Source: Squalus acanthias (Eukaryota). From it: a DNA stretch of 64,000 nt. Where the stretch lies: contig CM059432.1 in the NCBI GenBank assembly GCA_030390025.1, positions 132,062,001 through 132,126,000 on the forward strand, read 5' to 3'. Shown here piece after piece: positions 12,300 to 24,990 of the stretch. Position 1 is the stretch's first letter. Every line of letters begins with the position of its first letter. The notes under the pieces were generated by a model. The model was not told the origin of the DNA, ran no database searches, and saw only the letters and a program-made list of their open reading frames with translations. The position numbers were made by a program, and so were the translations under genes.

Positions 12300-13400
12300 G
12301 GGGTAGTGATCAGCAGGATTTGAACCTTTATTGTCCCGAGTCTGGTATGCTTCAGGAGTGCTTGTATTTGAGTGTTGGATTAGCTCGTGGTCTGGGAAAG
12401 TTGGGGGCAGAGATCGGGCAAATTGAGAATTAAGCGAGGGAAAGGAATTTGACGGGAATTATTTTCAGTGGTGGTGCTTTTAAGCCACTCTTGGTGGTGG
12501 ACATTGACGTCCCCCACCCAGAGTACATTCTGTACTCTTCGTTTCCTTGTTTTCCTCGAAATAATGTTCACCATGGCATCGATTGAGAATGAGTGACAGG
12601 TGGTGATCAGCAGAAGCTTTCTTTGCCCTTATTTAACCTGAAACCATGAGACTTTGTGGGACCAGAGTCAATGTTTGGGACTCCAGGGCCAAGCACACCT
12701 GACTGTATAACCAAATTGCTCTCACCTCTAGTGGCAGAGGAGCTACCCAGGGATGGCGATGGAGAAGTCTTCGATGTTGGCTGATAGATATGTCCACCTG
12801 TGTATGACTGTTCTGTGGAACAGCTGTCCCAACTTGGGCGACGGTGCATAGATGTTGGTAATGAGGACTTTGCTGGGTTGGCTGGGCTGTGGTAGCCCGA
12901 GTCCAATGCCCCCTGCAAGCTGCGCTTTGTTCTGCGCGGCCTGTTTCTTTCAATGCGCGGTCCCTTTAAATTTGTGCGTGGTACTTCCAATGTAAAAAAA
13001 AAACAACTTGAGCGGCCTGCGCGGAACCTTGCAGATTACCGTGGCCACGCACGTGCGCCGCTTAGATGGAACATTGCCTGAGTCTTGTCTTGGTGCCGGG
13101 GTTGTTGCCTGTAGGTCTGTCCGATGTTGCTCTTTTTGCTCTGTAGCGATTGTTTACAACTTAGCAGTTTGCTAGTCCACTACAGTGGGCATTAAGAGTC
13201 AACCACATAGTATGGGATTGAAGTCACATGCAGGCCTGTCCCCGTAGGTGTAGCAAGTTCTCTGCAGAATGTTGGTGAAGCATTTTAAATTTTTTTTTAA
13301 CAGCAATCTTTATCAGATTTATTGAGTTCAATTTCACAATTTGCCATGGTGGAATTTGAAATGGCAATCTCTACATTGCTCATCCAGTACTGAAACTACT
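12300..13400 (-). mobile_element. Old degenerate CR1-group LINE 5' portion (endonuclease region)
   Basis: ORF 12380-12574 reads QNVLWVGDVNVHHQEWL, a GDFN-type APE motif. Related to the LINE family at 33712-35765. Confidence 0.6.
12904..13076. mobile_element. Short hAT-like MITE
   Basis: Termini CAATGCCCCC...GGAACATTG with 8-bp flanks cccgagtc/cctgagtc. Internal sequence matches the 4765-4927 family in reverse orientation (gcgcggtccctttaa). Confidence 0.7.
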
Positions 13401-14889
13401 AGGCGACTGTACCTATTTAGATCTGTCTGTTTTGTTTCTTATTCACTTATGTACTTCTATTCACAGATTCTTTCCAGCTCTCCTCTTTGGGTTGCTCTTT
13501 GTGTAGCAGTTTTCCATTTACAGTAGAACATTGTTACCTAGTCTTTTGGGAGTTTGCGTGCTTTCAAAGTACAATGTGTGGGTGATTTGTGACTGTTGGT
13601 TTTCACATTGAATTTTTGAACTGCATCAGGACTATAATTACTTTAAAGCCTTAGATGCAGTGAGTTAGGTATTTCTGAAGAGCGTATGCATACTTGGAAA
13701 ACCGTTTAGGCCAGAAAGAGATTAAATGAATCAGCTGGAGCTGCCAAGCGCCCCTTATATTTTCCATATTTTTTTACCCTTTTTTTATATAAACATTTCC
13801 AAGGTGTAACATCCACAGGAAGAGGGAAACTACAGGCTGTGAGGCTTACTTACTGAATATGGTCTTGTCAAACTGTGGTAACTTTCTGACATGCTGAAGA
13901 GTTTTACTTTACAGGCCTGTTCTGCTGCACAATTTATGTCTGTGCAAAGTAGTTTTAACTTTACATTGATGTAAAGAGTGTGATGCCGGCCAGATCAAAT
14001 TCTGGCAAGCTGAGTGAGACCATTCTGAGAACATAAGTCTAATAGCAATCGATGCAAAGCAAACTCTTATTAATTTTTCTATGGTTTTCTTATTCTAAAC
14101 TTCAATTTTTAGCCACGTTACGTTGACAACATAACGCTCCTGTGAAGCGTCTTGGGATGTTTTACTACGTTAAAGGCGCTATATGAATGCAGGTTGTTGT
14201 TGATGAAAAGCCAACGGACCCATCACCTATTTGCTAACGTTTGGATGCTGGTGAGCTTTGCTTTGCTGCCGAGAGCAGGGTGAGGGGCACCAGGTATCAA
14301 TCTCAAAAAGGATAATCTTATCTAATAAGAAAAAACAAAATACTGCAGATGCTGGAAATCTGAAGCCCAGAAAAAGCTAGAAATACTCAGCCGGTTAGGC
14401 AGCACCCGTGGAGAAAGAGAGGTCAGCGGACGCTTCAGACCGCATCCCAAGAACTTGAAGATATCACCGATGAACAGCATTTTAAAAGGTACACAATAAC
14501 GGGGAAGGGGGGAAAAAAGACACCCAACACGCAGGAGAAGAAATACAATGACCTGTGAAGTGCTTGGATGGAGAACAGGAAGGAGATGATTAATTGGCCG
14601 ATGTGCGCACTCCTCCCACCCCACCAGCCTCCGCATTCGACAGAGATCATCTTCCGTCACCTCCTCCAACACAGTCCCACCACCAAGCACATCTTCCCCT
14701 CCCCTCCTCAGCATCCCGAAGGGACCGTTCCCTCCGTGACACCCTGGTTCGCGCTTCTATCGCCTCCACCTACTGCTCTCCTTCCCATGCAAGCGCAGGA
14801 GCTGGCAGCCTATTCACCTCCTCAGGCACACCTATCCAGGGCCTAAAACCCTCTGTGACAACAATTGACATTTACTTCCTCCAATCACT

Positions 14890-14927
14890 TCACCTGACGA
14901 AGGAGCAGCAGCTCCGAAAGCTTGTGA
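14890..14927 (+). ncRNA. Minimal (type I) hammerhead ribozyme of a Penelope-like element
   Basis: TCAC-CTGACGA-A-GGAGC(AGCA)GCTCC-GAAA-GCT-T-GTGA. Same architecture as 590-627, with a covarying helix I. Confidence 0.8.
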
Positions 14928-15142
14928 TTTCAAATAAAACTGTTGGACTATAACCTGGTGTTGTGCGACTTTCTCAATCTGGTATAGTGTGTAGACGGTG
15001 CGTTCTCCTCTACCTTGGGGAAACCAAGCACAGATAAGGTCATCAATTGCTGAACACCTCCGTTCTGTTTGCAGGCGAGACCGAGCTCCCTGCCACGCCA
15101 ATTCTCCTTCCCACTCTGGCCTCTGTCTGTGGTCTTCTACAC

Positions 15143-17403
15143 TGACCATAATATGATTGAATTTTACATTAAGTTTGAGAGTGATGTAGTCCAATCTGAA
15201 ACTGAAGTCTTCAATCTAAACAAAGGAAACTACAAGGGTATGAGGGACAAGTTGGCCATGGTAGATTGGGAGACTAACTAAAAGGTATGAAGGTGGACAT
15301 ACAATGGCTAACATTCAAGGAAATAATGCATAATTTGCAACAAACATATATTCCTCTAGGGCATAAAAACCCAAAAGGAAAAGTGATCGAACCATGGCTA
15401 ACAAAAGAAATTAAAGCTAGTATTAAGTCAAAGGAGGAAGCTTATAAAGTTGCCAGAAAAAGCGGTCAGCCTGAGGATTGGAATCTTTTTAGAAATCAGC
15501 AAAGGGGGACCAAGAAATTGATAAAGAAAGGGAAAATGGAATATGAGCACAAACTAGCAAAAATTTTAAAAACGGATTGTAAAAGCTCTATAGGTATCTG
15601 AAAAGGAAAAGACTGGTGAAGGTAAATGTAGGTCCTTTACAGTCAGAGACGGGAGAATTTATAATGGGGAAATGAGGAAATGGCTGAGAAATTAAATAAA
15701 TACTTTGTTTCTGTCTTCACGGAGGAAGACACAAAAAACCTCCCAGAAATACGAGAAAACCAAGGGTGTGACGAGAATGAGGAACTTATTATTAGTAAAA
15801 AAACAGTACTAGCAAAATTAATGGGACTAAAAGTCGATAAATCCCAAGGACCGGATGACCTACATCCTAGGGTTTTGAAAGAGGTGGCCATTGGGATAGT
15901 GGATGCATTGGTTATCATCTTCCAAAATTCTATAGATTCTGGAACGGTTCCTGCAGATTGGAGGATAGCAAATGTAACCCCGCTTTTTAAAATGGGAGGG
16001 AGAGAGAAAACGGGGAACTACAGACCTGTTAGCCTCTCATCAGTAGTTGGGAAAATGCTGGAATCTATTATAAAGGATGCAATAACTGGGCACTTAGAAA
16101 CTAATAGTAAGATTGGGCAGAGTCAACATGGATTTATGAAAGGGAAATCCTGTTTAACAAACCTATTGGAGTTCTTTGAGGATGTAACTAGTGGAGTAGA
16201 CAAAGGGAAACCGGTAGATGTGGTGTATCTGGATTTTCAGGAGGCCTTTGATGAGGCCCCACGCAAGAGGTTGGTGAACAAAATTAGGGCACATGGAATT
16301 GGGGGTAATATACTAGCATGGATTGAGAATTGGTTAACAGACAGAAAACAAAGAGTAGGGATAAACGGGGTCTTTTTCAGGATGGCAGGCTGTGACTAGT
16401 GGGGTACCGCAAGGATTGGTGCTTGGGCCCCAGCTATTCACAATCTATATCAATGATTTGGATGAGGGGACTAAATGTAACATTTCCAAATTTGCTGCTG
16501 ATACAAAGCTAGGTGGCAGTGTCAGTTGTGAAGAGGCTTCAAGGGGATCTCGACAGGCTCAGTGAGTGGGCGAGAACATGGCAGATGGAATATAATGTGG
16601 ATAAATGTGAAGTTATCCACTTTGGTAGGAAAAACAGAAAGGCAGAGTATTTCCTAAATGGTGAAAGATTGGGGCATGCAGATGCTCAAAGGGACCTGGG
16701 TGTCCTTGTACATGAGTCACTGAAAGTGAATGTGCAGGTGCAGCAAGCCATTAGGAAGGCAAATGGTATGCTGGCCTTCATTACAAGAGGATTTGAGTAG
16801 AGGAGTAAAGAAGTCTTACTCCAATTATATAGGGCCTTGGTGAGACCACACCTGGAGTGCTGTGTACAATTTTGGTCTCCTTACCTAAGGAAGGATATAC
16901 TTGCCATAGAGGGAGTGCAACGAAGGTTCACGAGATTGATTCCTGGGATGGCGGGACTGTCGTATGAGAAGAGATTGAGTAAACTAGGCCTGTATTCTCT
17001 TGAATTCAGAAGAATGAGAGGGGATCTCATTGAAGCATACAAAATTATTACAGGGCTTGATAGGATGGATGCTGGGAGAATGTTTCCCTTAGCTGGGGAG
17101 TCTAGAACCAGGGGCCACAGCCTCAAGATAAAGGGTAGGCCATTCAGGACTGAGATGAGAAGAAATTTCTTCACACACAGGGTGGTGAATCTTTGGAATT
17201 CTCTACCCCAGAGGGCTGTGGAGGCTCAGTCATTGGGTATATTCAAAACAGAAGTCGATAGATTTCTGACTAGTAAGGGCATCAAGGGATATGGCGATAG
17301 GGCCGGTGGATGGAGTTGAGGCAGAAGATCAGCCATGATCGCATTGAATGGCGGAGCAGGCTCGAAGGGCCGAATGGCCTACTCCTGCTCCTAGTTCTTA
17401 TGT
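15143..17403 (+). mobile_element. CR1 LINE ORF2, 5'-truncated, frameshifted
   Basis: ORFs 15680-16399 (GNYRPVSLSSVVGKMLE, QHGFMKGKSCLTNLLEFFE), 16513-16800 and 16837-17319 (VRPHLECCVQFWSPYLRKDI). CR1 3' UTR and ttcttatgttc tail. Confidence 0.93.
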
Positions 17404-19439
17404 TCCAGCGAAGCTCAAGGTAAGCTCGATGAACAGCACCTCATCTTTCTACTGGGCACTTTGCATCCCTCTGGTCAGAATATTGGCTTTAACAACCTCA
17501 GACTTTAACTACAGCTCCCATGTTCTCTCCGACAGTAGGTGCTGGCAATGTTGGGATGGTGTTTCTCGGGATGCGGGGAGGGAGTGGGTTGGTATTTGAG
17601 GTGGGCACCTCCCATTGGAACACTACAAGTGGGTGGTCTGCACCCTTGGTGTTGACCGGGCCTGCCTTCCACCAGATTCCCAGGCCACTGCAGCCTGCTC
17701 CACCTTGCTGGTTTTTCAGGCGACCCTTTCTACCTATCGCCCATTAGCTATTCACACACTGTGTCTCATGCACGTCTTTTATTTCTCTCATTATGCCTCC
17801 TTTTGTCTCCTGCTAATCTCATGCCTGCCATTTAATCGTCTCCTCTTCTCCACCCAAGCACTTCACAGGTCATTCTATTTCTTAACCTGTGTGGTTGTGT
17901 TTTCCTTTCTTCCCCCCCACCCCCTTCCCCCTTTCCCTTGTTGCATTCCTTTTTAAAAAAACAAACTTGGTTCATCTAGTCCTGAGGCCCAAGACGTCAG
18001 CTGACTTCTGCTTTCCCTACCTGACCTGCTGAGTATTTCCAGCCCTTTTTTTTTTGGTTTTTGTTCCCGTATTTAACAGCACCATTAAACAGCTGTGAAG
18101 TGTTAGCTGGGCAGAACGGTGCTGCTGCGATGTCTCTCCGTGGACAGTTTTCACAGGGTAGGTCGTTTCGGTGACTTAATTACTTTAATTTTCAACCACA
18201 AACGAAAGGATTCAACTTGATATATTTACGCACCGTTCCTTAGAAAGCAGCTGCTTGTGTCTTCAGTCTTGTGCTTTTTATTTTCATAAATCCAGGACCC
18301 CGGGGAAATGTATATATCTTATTCCTGACAGGAGTTTCCCCTTCAGGCATATGGATAAAGCACTTTTATATTTAAAAAAAACCCCACCTGTTTCTGTCAC
18401 TGGTTATAGTCTCCAGATTGCAGTTATGTGGCTCACTGCTAGACTGGGGACATTTTTTTTGTCCCCTGGAATCTTTCGTGTAAGCAGCAGGAAATCTTCA
18501 TCCCTCAGAAAATGCTGTCCTGATGCATTCCCCCCCCCCCCCCCCACCATGTATAAATGTTTTCCTTTCTTTATACTGCAAGCGCACGTATGAACTCTGC
18601 TTAAATTGTGTCCATCATGAGCTAGATTGAATGGGGAAAAATAAGATACCTGGAAATGATTAGAAGGCACTAATCTCAGGGGAATTTTCCCAATGAATAA
18701 TAACCCTGTTGAACACAAAAGTTGAGCAGTTTTCTAAACGGTTGTGTGGATCCCGAGATTTGAATCGCTATCACTCCCGGGTCACCATCTTTTTTAAAAA
18801 ATAATTGAGGTTGGCAGGACAGCTTTATTTATGTTGCTGGCTGACTTTGGGGTGGGGAGGGAAGGGGGCATTTTAATTCTCCTCGGTGGGCAAGTACGGA
18901 GTGGGTGAGCATTTAAAGTGGAGCAGCTCCATTTCCCACTCCTTTCACACCGATTTCCGATTTTAACGCACCTGGTTTTGACGGCGGATGAGGTGCCCGC
19001 TAGACTCGGGCGGGAGCCTTGTGCATAAAGGTTAATAAGGGGCCAGTGATGTCACTAGGACCTCGCTGGCATTGTAACCGGGGTTTCTTACCAGACTGAA
19101 GCAGGTTTGCAGACCGAGGAAGGCCATTCAAGCAAAGTGCAAAACCTTCCTTAGTGGGGCAGGAGTGCTCCTCCGAGCCACACAGGGAAGGCCGCAGCTT
19201 CCCATGCCCCTCTCCACCCCCCGCCACCACTACTCGCAAGGCCATGCTGAACAACAACCCCCAACCCCCGCAACTTATATGCACATGTCAGTGGGCCTTC
19301 TCCTCGTGCTGGCTGGTGGCCTCCAGGCTGCCCTCCCTCCCACCCGTTTGGGCAGCTGACCAGTGGCCCAGGCCCTGAAATTTCTGACAGCAGCCTGTGT
19401 TTTCCAGTCGCCCCCATTGCCCACCTAAAACCCGCTCAA

Positions 19440-19925
19440 GGGGAGTTCTCCCTGGCGTCCTGGCCAACATTTATCCCTCAACTCTAACATCAAAAAGGTA
19501 TTTGGGAGAAACATCTTTACCCAGAGAGCGGTTAGAATGTGGAACTCGCTACTGCAGGGAGTAGTTGCGGCGAATAGCGTAGATGCATTTAAGGGGAAGC
19601 GGGATAAACACATGAGGGAGAAAGGAATAGAAAGATATGTTGATGGGGTTAGATGAGGAAGGGTGGGAGGAGGCTCGTGGGGAGCATAAACACTGGCATG
19701 GACCTGTTGGGCCGAATGGCCTGCTTCTGTGCTGTAAATACTATGAAATAATTTTTTTTTCAAAACACACCAATTATCTGGTGATTTATTACATTGCTAT
19801 CTGTGGGACTGCCATGTTTGCTTATGGTACAACAATGACTATCCTTCAATAGTATTAGTTGTGAAGCTGTTCAGGAGGTCCTGAGGACATGAAACGTGTT
19901 CTGTATATGCAAGTTCCTACTTCCT
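19440..19925 (+). mobile_element. Deu-SINE 3' half with an inserted CR1 3' end (about 19497-19745)
   Basis: ggggagttctccctggcgtcctggccaacatttatccctcaa matches the other Deu-SINE copies. The CR1 segment reads tttacccagagagcggttagaatgtggaactcgctac...gggccgaatggcctg. Confidence 0.6.
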
Positions 19926-20269
19926 TCCTTACTTAGTTACTGGGTTTAATCCACACATGAAAGGGGCAAGGGAGTTTCTGTATAATCCAGTTGTGACAAC
20001 TTGGCTGGAAAATGGTTTGATCACCGTTGCAGCTGGATGAAGCTTTTACCTTTACCGATTAAACCCAGAAGATCTTCAAAGCTCATCCTTTGTGGGCTGC
20101 CTTCATCTACAAAGAATCAGTCATTTCCTGCCCAACAGCTCCCCCACCCCCCACCCACCCAAACTTTTCTTCATGATTCCTCTTCTGCAAAAGTTGATGG
20201 GACTGTTGGCTTTTTGTCAACAACAACATTTATATAACGCCTCGTACTGGGATGTAATTCCACAGATGG

Positions 20270-20700
20270 CAATGACTGTTTGGCACCTTGCTCAAACGTC
20301 TGTTCTTCATGTGTGAGCCTAGACAGTGTTGGGACATTCAACTGTACAGGCATCATGCATCATCCTGTTATCACCTGATGTCCACGTGCACACCTTTTTC
20401 AGCAGGGCTCAGCGTATGAACGTAGAAAATGCCATCAGACTATTCAACTAAGGTAGATATCTATGCTTCATTCTATTCTCAGACAGCACCCATGTATGTG
20501 CACTTTCCTGCAGGGTAGCATTCAGGCGATGGAGCCATGACTAATTTTTCTTCTCTTTCCTAATTCCGGGACACAGTTCAGTTGTACCCCAGGTAAGATT
20601 AGCTAACTGTGTGGAGCCTTAAGCGCAGGAGCTCCTTGGCCTATATGGTTCATTACCACAACAGGCAGTGCGAATACCTACTTAAGCCTTCGGGGCAGCA
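20270..20700 (-). mobile_element. LF-SINE-like element, degenerate
   Basis: ttcttcatgtgtgagcctagacagtg and catcctgttatcacctgatgtccacgtgcacac are the reverse complement of the LF-SINE 3' region as I recall it. Homologous to 30653-30905. Confidence 0.6.
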
Positions 20701-21427
20701 ACCTGTATGTTTAACATATTGAGCCTGCGGTGTAACATTTCTGTTGGGTAAATGAACATTCCTTCCCACCTGAAACCAATGTTAGCTAGCAAGTTGGCAA
20801 GTGGCCAGACTGATGCCAGTATTGTCGTCTGCTTTCAATTAGTGGTGGTTGCAGTGTCTGGGCCCATTAGTATAGCAACAAATAAGTGATAATGGAGCCA
20901 TCAATTATAAAGGTCCATTTGTCAAAGTGGGAAGTCCTGTTTCCCACACTAGTTATGGCTGTTGAACTCGGGCTTAGTCCCCTGACAAGAAGGTGGAAAA
21001 CTCATTGCAGACCATAACTTGAATGCTAATTAAAATAGGTAGCACATTTAAAGGTGACATCTGAAAGAGGTGGGTTAACGTTTCCAGCTCTAAAGATGCC
21101 AATATAATTACTTCAGTGTTTCTCTCTCCTCTAAATGAAAAATACTGTAAAGGATTCAAATATCTCTAAATTTGGCATGTCTTGCCTTTTATATATTTTA
21201 AAAATTGCTCCTTTCTATTCAGTATTATAGCATGAAATGATAGAGAAAATTAAAATGAAATCATTGGCTGGATAAATGTCAGTCGGTTCTGTGTGAGCAC
21301 GTCCAAGTCGCCAGCACAAAACGTGACTAAATTTAAAGATCCAACCAGCATTAAAGTTTTGGCTAGCCCGATGATCTCTGGTTTTTCAATTTAAAAAAAA
21401 AAGCTGGGATTTACAGGAATGAATACT

Positions 21428-22196
21428 GGCCCGTATTTTCCAATCCCTACGGGTGTGTACCAGGTGTGTACACACCCATAGGGACCTCGCAGGTGCCAGT
21501 TTCAGGCATACGAAGCGCATGCACTGAAAAACGGGCATTTCCGATCCGTCAAGAATCCTCTTGACAGATCGGACGCCTGCCCTGGAGAAGGGCCTCTGCG
21601 GGTGGAGAGTTCTACTTTCTGCAGAACCTCCGCCCGCTGAAATCCTTTAAAAATCTTACACCTGGTAAAAACAGGTGTACGGCCTGCTTTTACCAGCATA
21701 AGAGTTTTTAAAAAAAAGTAAAAAAAAAAAAAAAATTTTCCCACTCCCCTTTTTTAAAAGTATTTTTAAATTAAAAATAAGTTTATTTTTAGCCCCGTAA
21801 AAAACTTTAATTTTTTTTCAAAAAATTAAATTTGTTTAAAATATTTAATTTAATGTAATTTTAACTAATTTTAAAAACATGATTTAAAAAAAAAGATTTA
21901 TTTAATGTTTTGATGTGTTTTTTCAGTGTTCCCCATTCATACTTTTGACATGTCTAAGCTGTCAAAAGTATGAAAGCAGATTCCCTTCTTTGATTGGTTC
22001 CCCATGGCCCACGTGAGCCCAGGGACGCTTGCGAACCGCATGCGCCCCTGGTCTACCTGGGCCCTGTGCATTTCGTCGTGGAGAGGCCCAGGAGCGCAAG
22101 TGTCCGGGCCTCTGGAGCCCTCAGGGTAAGGGCTTAGAGTTTTTCCAGATCGGAGGCCTCCGCACGCAGGAAGCCTCCGACTGGAAAATACGGGCC
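21428..22196. mobile_element. Non-autonomous PIF/Harbinger-like element (MITE family A)
   Basis: Perfect 15-bp TIR GGCCCGTATTTTCCA / TGGAAAATACGGGCC, with flanks ACT/AAT. AT-rich centre and several internal hairpins. Homologous to 46776-47524. Confidence 0.75.
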
Positions 22197-23839
22197 AATA
22201 TATTTATTTTTTCAGTGAGTGAGATCATTATTTAAAGTGATAAAATAAACAAATAAGCATTCTGGGGAAAATTCCCTGTGTTCAAGTACACTTGACCAGA
22301 TAGATTGTGTAGAAATGAAATCTGGTCTTTTGGCTTCAAGGATCTGAATACAAAGTGAGAGTCAGTTTAAATTTTTAGTCTACTGGTACAATAATGGTTC
22401 GCCTTCTGCACCTGCATCTGTTCATTTTCAATCTTTTCAGTGCTGGGCCCCAGACTGGTGGATCTTGGGAAGCCTTGCTTTTGTGCCCCGTGTAGCAGTG
22501 TAAATCAGCACTGGTGGCACCATGTGCTGCTATGAATGTTGGATAGTTAATCATTTATAGCTACTACTGTCTTCCTGCTGATGTAACTAAACATTAATAA
22601 CAGATTCAAAACTTAGCTGTCATTTACAAAAAAAAAACAATTCTTCAAAAGACACTGTAATTAGAGGCCCACAGACAAAAACAGAGGGGGGGGAAGGGGA
22701 GAGGAGAGGGGTAAGGGCCAGGAGCACCAGCGATTTTTATTTGTAGGAATGCCCAGTGTCAGCCTTATGGAAAAAGATTCCAGTCCGCTTTTTGATCTTT
22801 CCTGATTTGTGGAGAATTCAGCGTGTACTGAAGTAGTTGATGAAGCAATATAGAAGTCAAGTCAAATAAAATGATGCTTTAACATCTTGTAACTGAATCT
22901 CAGATGTATCTTGCCATCCGATTAGCTGGCAATCTGCATTCCAGCCAAGTAAAATTTGGGAGCGGAGAGGCCAGTGATTCAACATACTTAAGTGTCTTAA
23001 ATCTTTTAAGACCAGCAGTGTTCCTGGTTTAAGTGATAAAGACTGAAACTCACATTCCTTTTAACACAATTCTGCATTTGTTTGCTATCTGATCTTGAAG
23101 TTTGTAGGTCGTTTTACACTCTCTCTCTTTCTCTCTCTCTCTCTCTCTTGCTAGTGTACTTTCAATTTCAGTTAAATTTTACTTGTTACTTTTTAAGCCT
23201 ACATTTTTCCTCCAAATTTAACCCCGTCATATTTACAGCTATGTCTCTTCTCATTGTATGGATGAGGTGTTAACAGTGGTGGCTTTAAAATGGTATGTAA
23301 TAGCATACATGGCAGTGTATTATAAATGTTATATATACTGCAGCATTAGTAGCTTAGTATATTCCTTAGCCAGCAAGAGTTTAAAAAACAAAATTGAGGG
23401 CCAGGGAAGAAGCCGAATCTGAAGTGGCGTTCAGCTGCTGATGCACTTTTTCAAGACCCCATTGAGTATTAACTGCGAGCAGCCTGTAAGATTGGTGAAG
23501 AGAGAGGCAATTGCACTTGGGAGTGATTATTGAAGTACAGTTCTTGAATTCCAAAGCACAGACGGTGCATCCTACAGATGCAAAGTACACTAGCCAGCTT
23601 CTTGTCCACTCCCTGGTTTTTATTTTCTATCGCTAATCCCTGGTATCGGGGAGAGGCTTTCTAGTCTGATTTTATGTTTGGGTGACGTTTCATTGGGATT
23701 TTTACACAAGATTCCTTTTGAAGTTACCGCCTCACAAAGTTGCTTTTCCTACGAATATGACAGCACATTGAAGCTACTGTCCTAAAATATTTGAGTGATG
23801 GAATTAAAACTGGAAAAAAAGCTTCATATTTAAGTCTAC

Positions 23840-24837
23840 ATCTTCCCGGCCCGTCTCTTGGGCTGAGCCAGGTTGCTTGCAACCCAGGTATCTTGTTTGA
23901 CCCTGAGCTGAACTTTGAACCCAATATCCTTTCTATCACAAAGACCACTTGCTTCTTTCTATCTCTGCAGCACAGTCTGCCTTTGCCACTACCCAAGTCC
24001 GTTTGTTGGTGAAACCCTTATGTGCCTTCACAGCTTCTGTACTCAAATACTTCAGTGCTATTCTTGCTGGCCAGCCATTCCCTGTAAACTCCTACTTTAC
24101 TTCATGTATCCTCTCCTGTGCTACGTTCCACTCGCCCATCACCAAGTCCTCGCTGACCTGAATTGGTTCCCTGGCCCCCAGTGCCTCAAGTTTAAAATTA
24201 TTGTCCTTGTCTTCAATTCCATCCATGGCTTGCCCAAATCTACTCTGCAATCTCCTCAAGCACTACCTTTCTCCTTGTCTTCCCCCCCCCCCCCCGGCCC
24301 CCATCACCCATATGCTCAGTTCTTCTGACCAGTATCCTGTCCGCCTTGGCTCAGGGTTATTCAAGTCCCACTCCAGAGACTTGAGTACATAACTTCGGCT
24401 GGCACTTTGGTACAATACTGAAAGAGCGCTGCACTGTCTTTCGGGCGAGACTCCATCTGCCCTCTCAGGTGGACGTAAAAGATCCCACGGCACTATTCGT
24501 AGAAGAGTAGGGGAGTTCTATCTGTGTCCGAGCCAACATTTATCCCTCAATCAACACCTAAAATGGATGATCTTGTCATTTATTTAATTGATGATTGTGG
24601 GACCTTGCTGTCCATGTTTCCTACATTACAACAGTACATCATTGGACCGTCCTGAGGTCATGAAAAGCGCTACATAAATGCAAGTAAGTTCCTTCCTTCC
24701 CACACTCATCCCCTATCCCTTTGCCCCACCATTGGCACCAAATCCTTTAGTCACATAGGTCCTACTCGCTGAAATTCCTCCTCCCCTTTCTCCTCTCCTC
24801 CTCAAAACCCACCTCTTTGACCAAGGTATTGGTCTGT

Positions 24838-24876
<39 letters not shown>

Positions 24877-24990
24877 TCCCCCCCCCCCCCCCTTAATCTC
24901 TGCTTTCCTGGTTCAGCATCTGTTTTCCGTACACCTATCTATGAAGTGCCTTGGGTCTTTTTCAATGCTATATAAATGGTAGTTTTTGTG
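23840..24990 (+). mobile_element. Old L2 3' portion with a nested Deu-SINE (about 24350-24690)
   Basis: L2-like gtttgaccctgagctgaacttt, cccatcaccaagtcctcgctgacct and aaaacccacctctttgaccaag. Deu core ctcaggtggacgtaaaagatcccacggcactattc. Confidence 0.65.

Larger units (their letters stand above)
14330..18065 (+). mobile_element. Penelope-like element with inverted pseudo-LTRs, interrupted by a CR1 and a second PLE fragment
   Basis: 14330-14598 and about 17826-18065 are inverted copies (aatgacctgtgaagtgcttgg / ccaagcacttcacaggtcatt). The body has RRDRSLRDTLV (about 14715), GIY-YIG remnants (LYLGETK; AEHLRSV at about 15050) and a C-terminal KL.EQHLIF.LGTL.PSG at about 17420. Confidence 0.75.
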
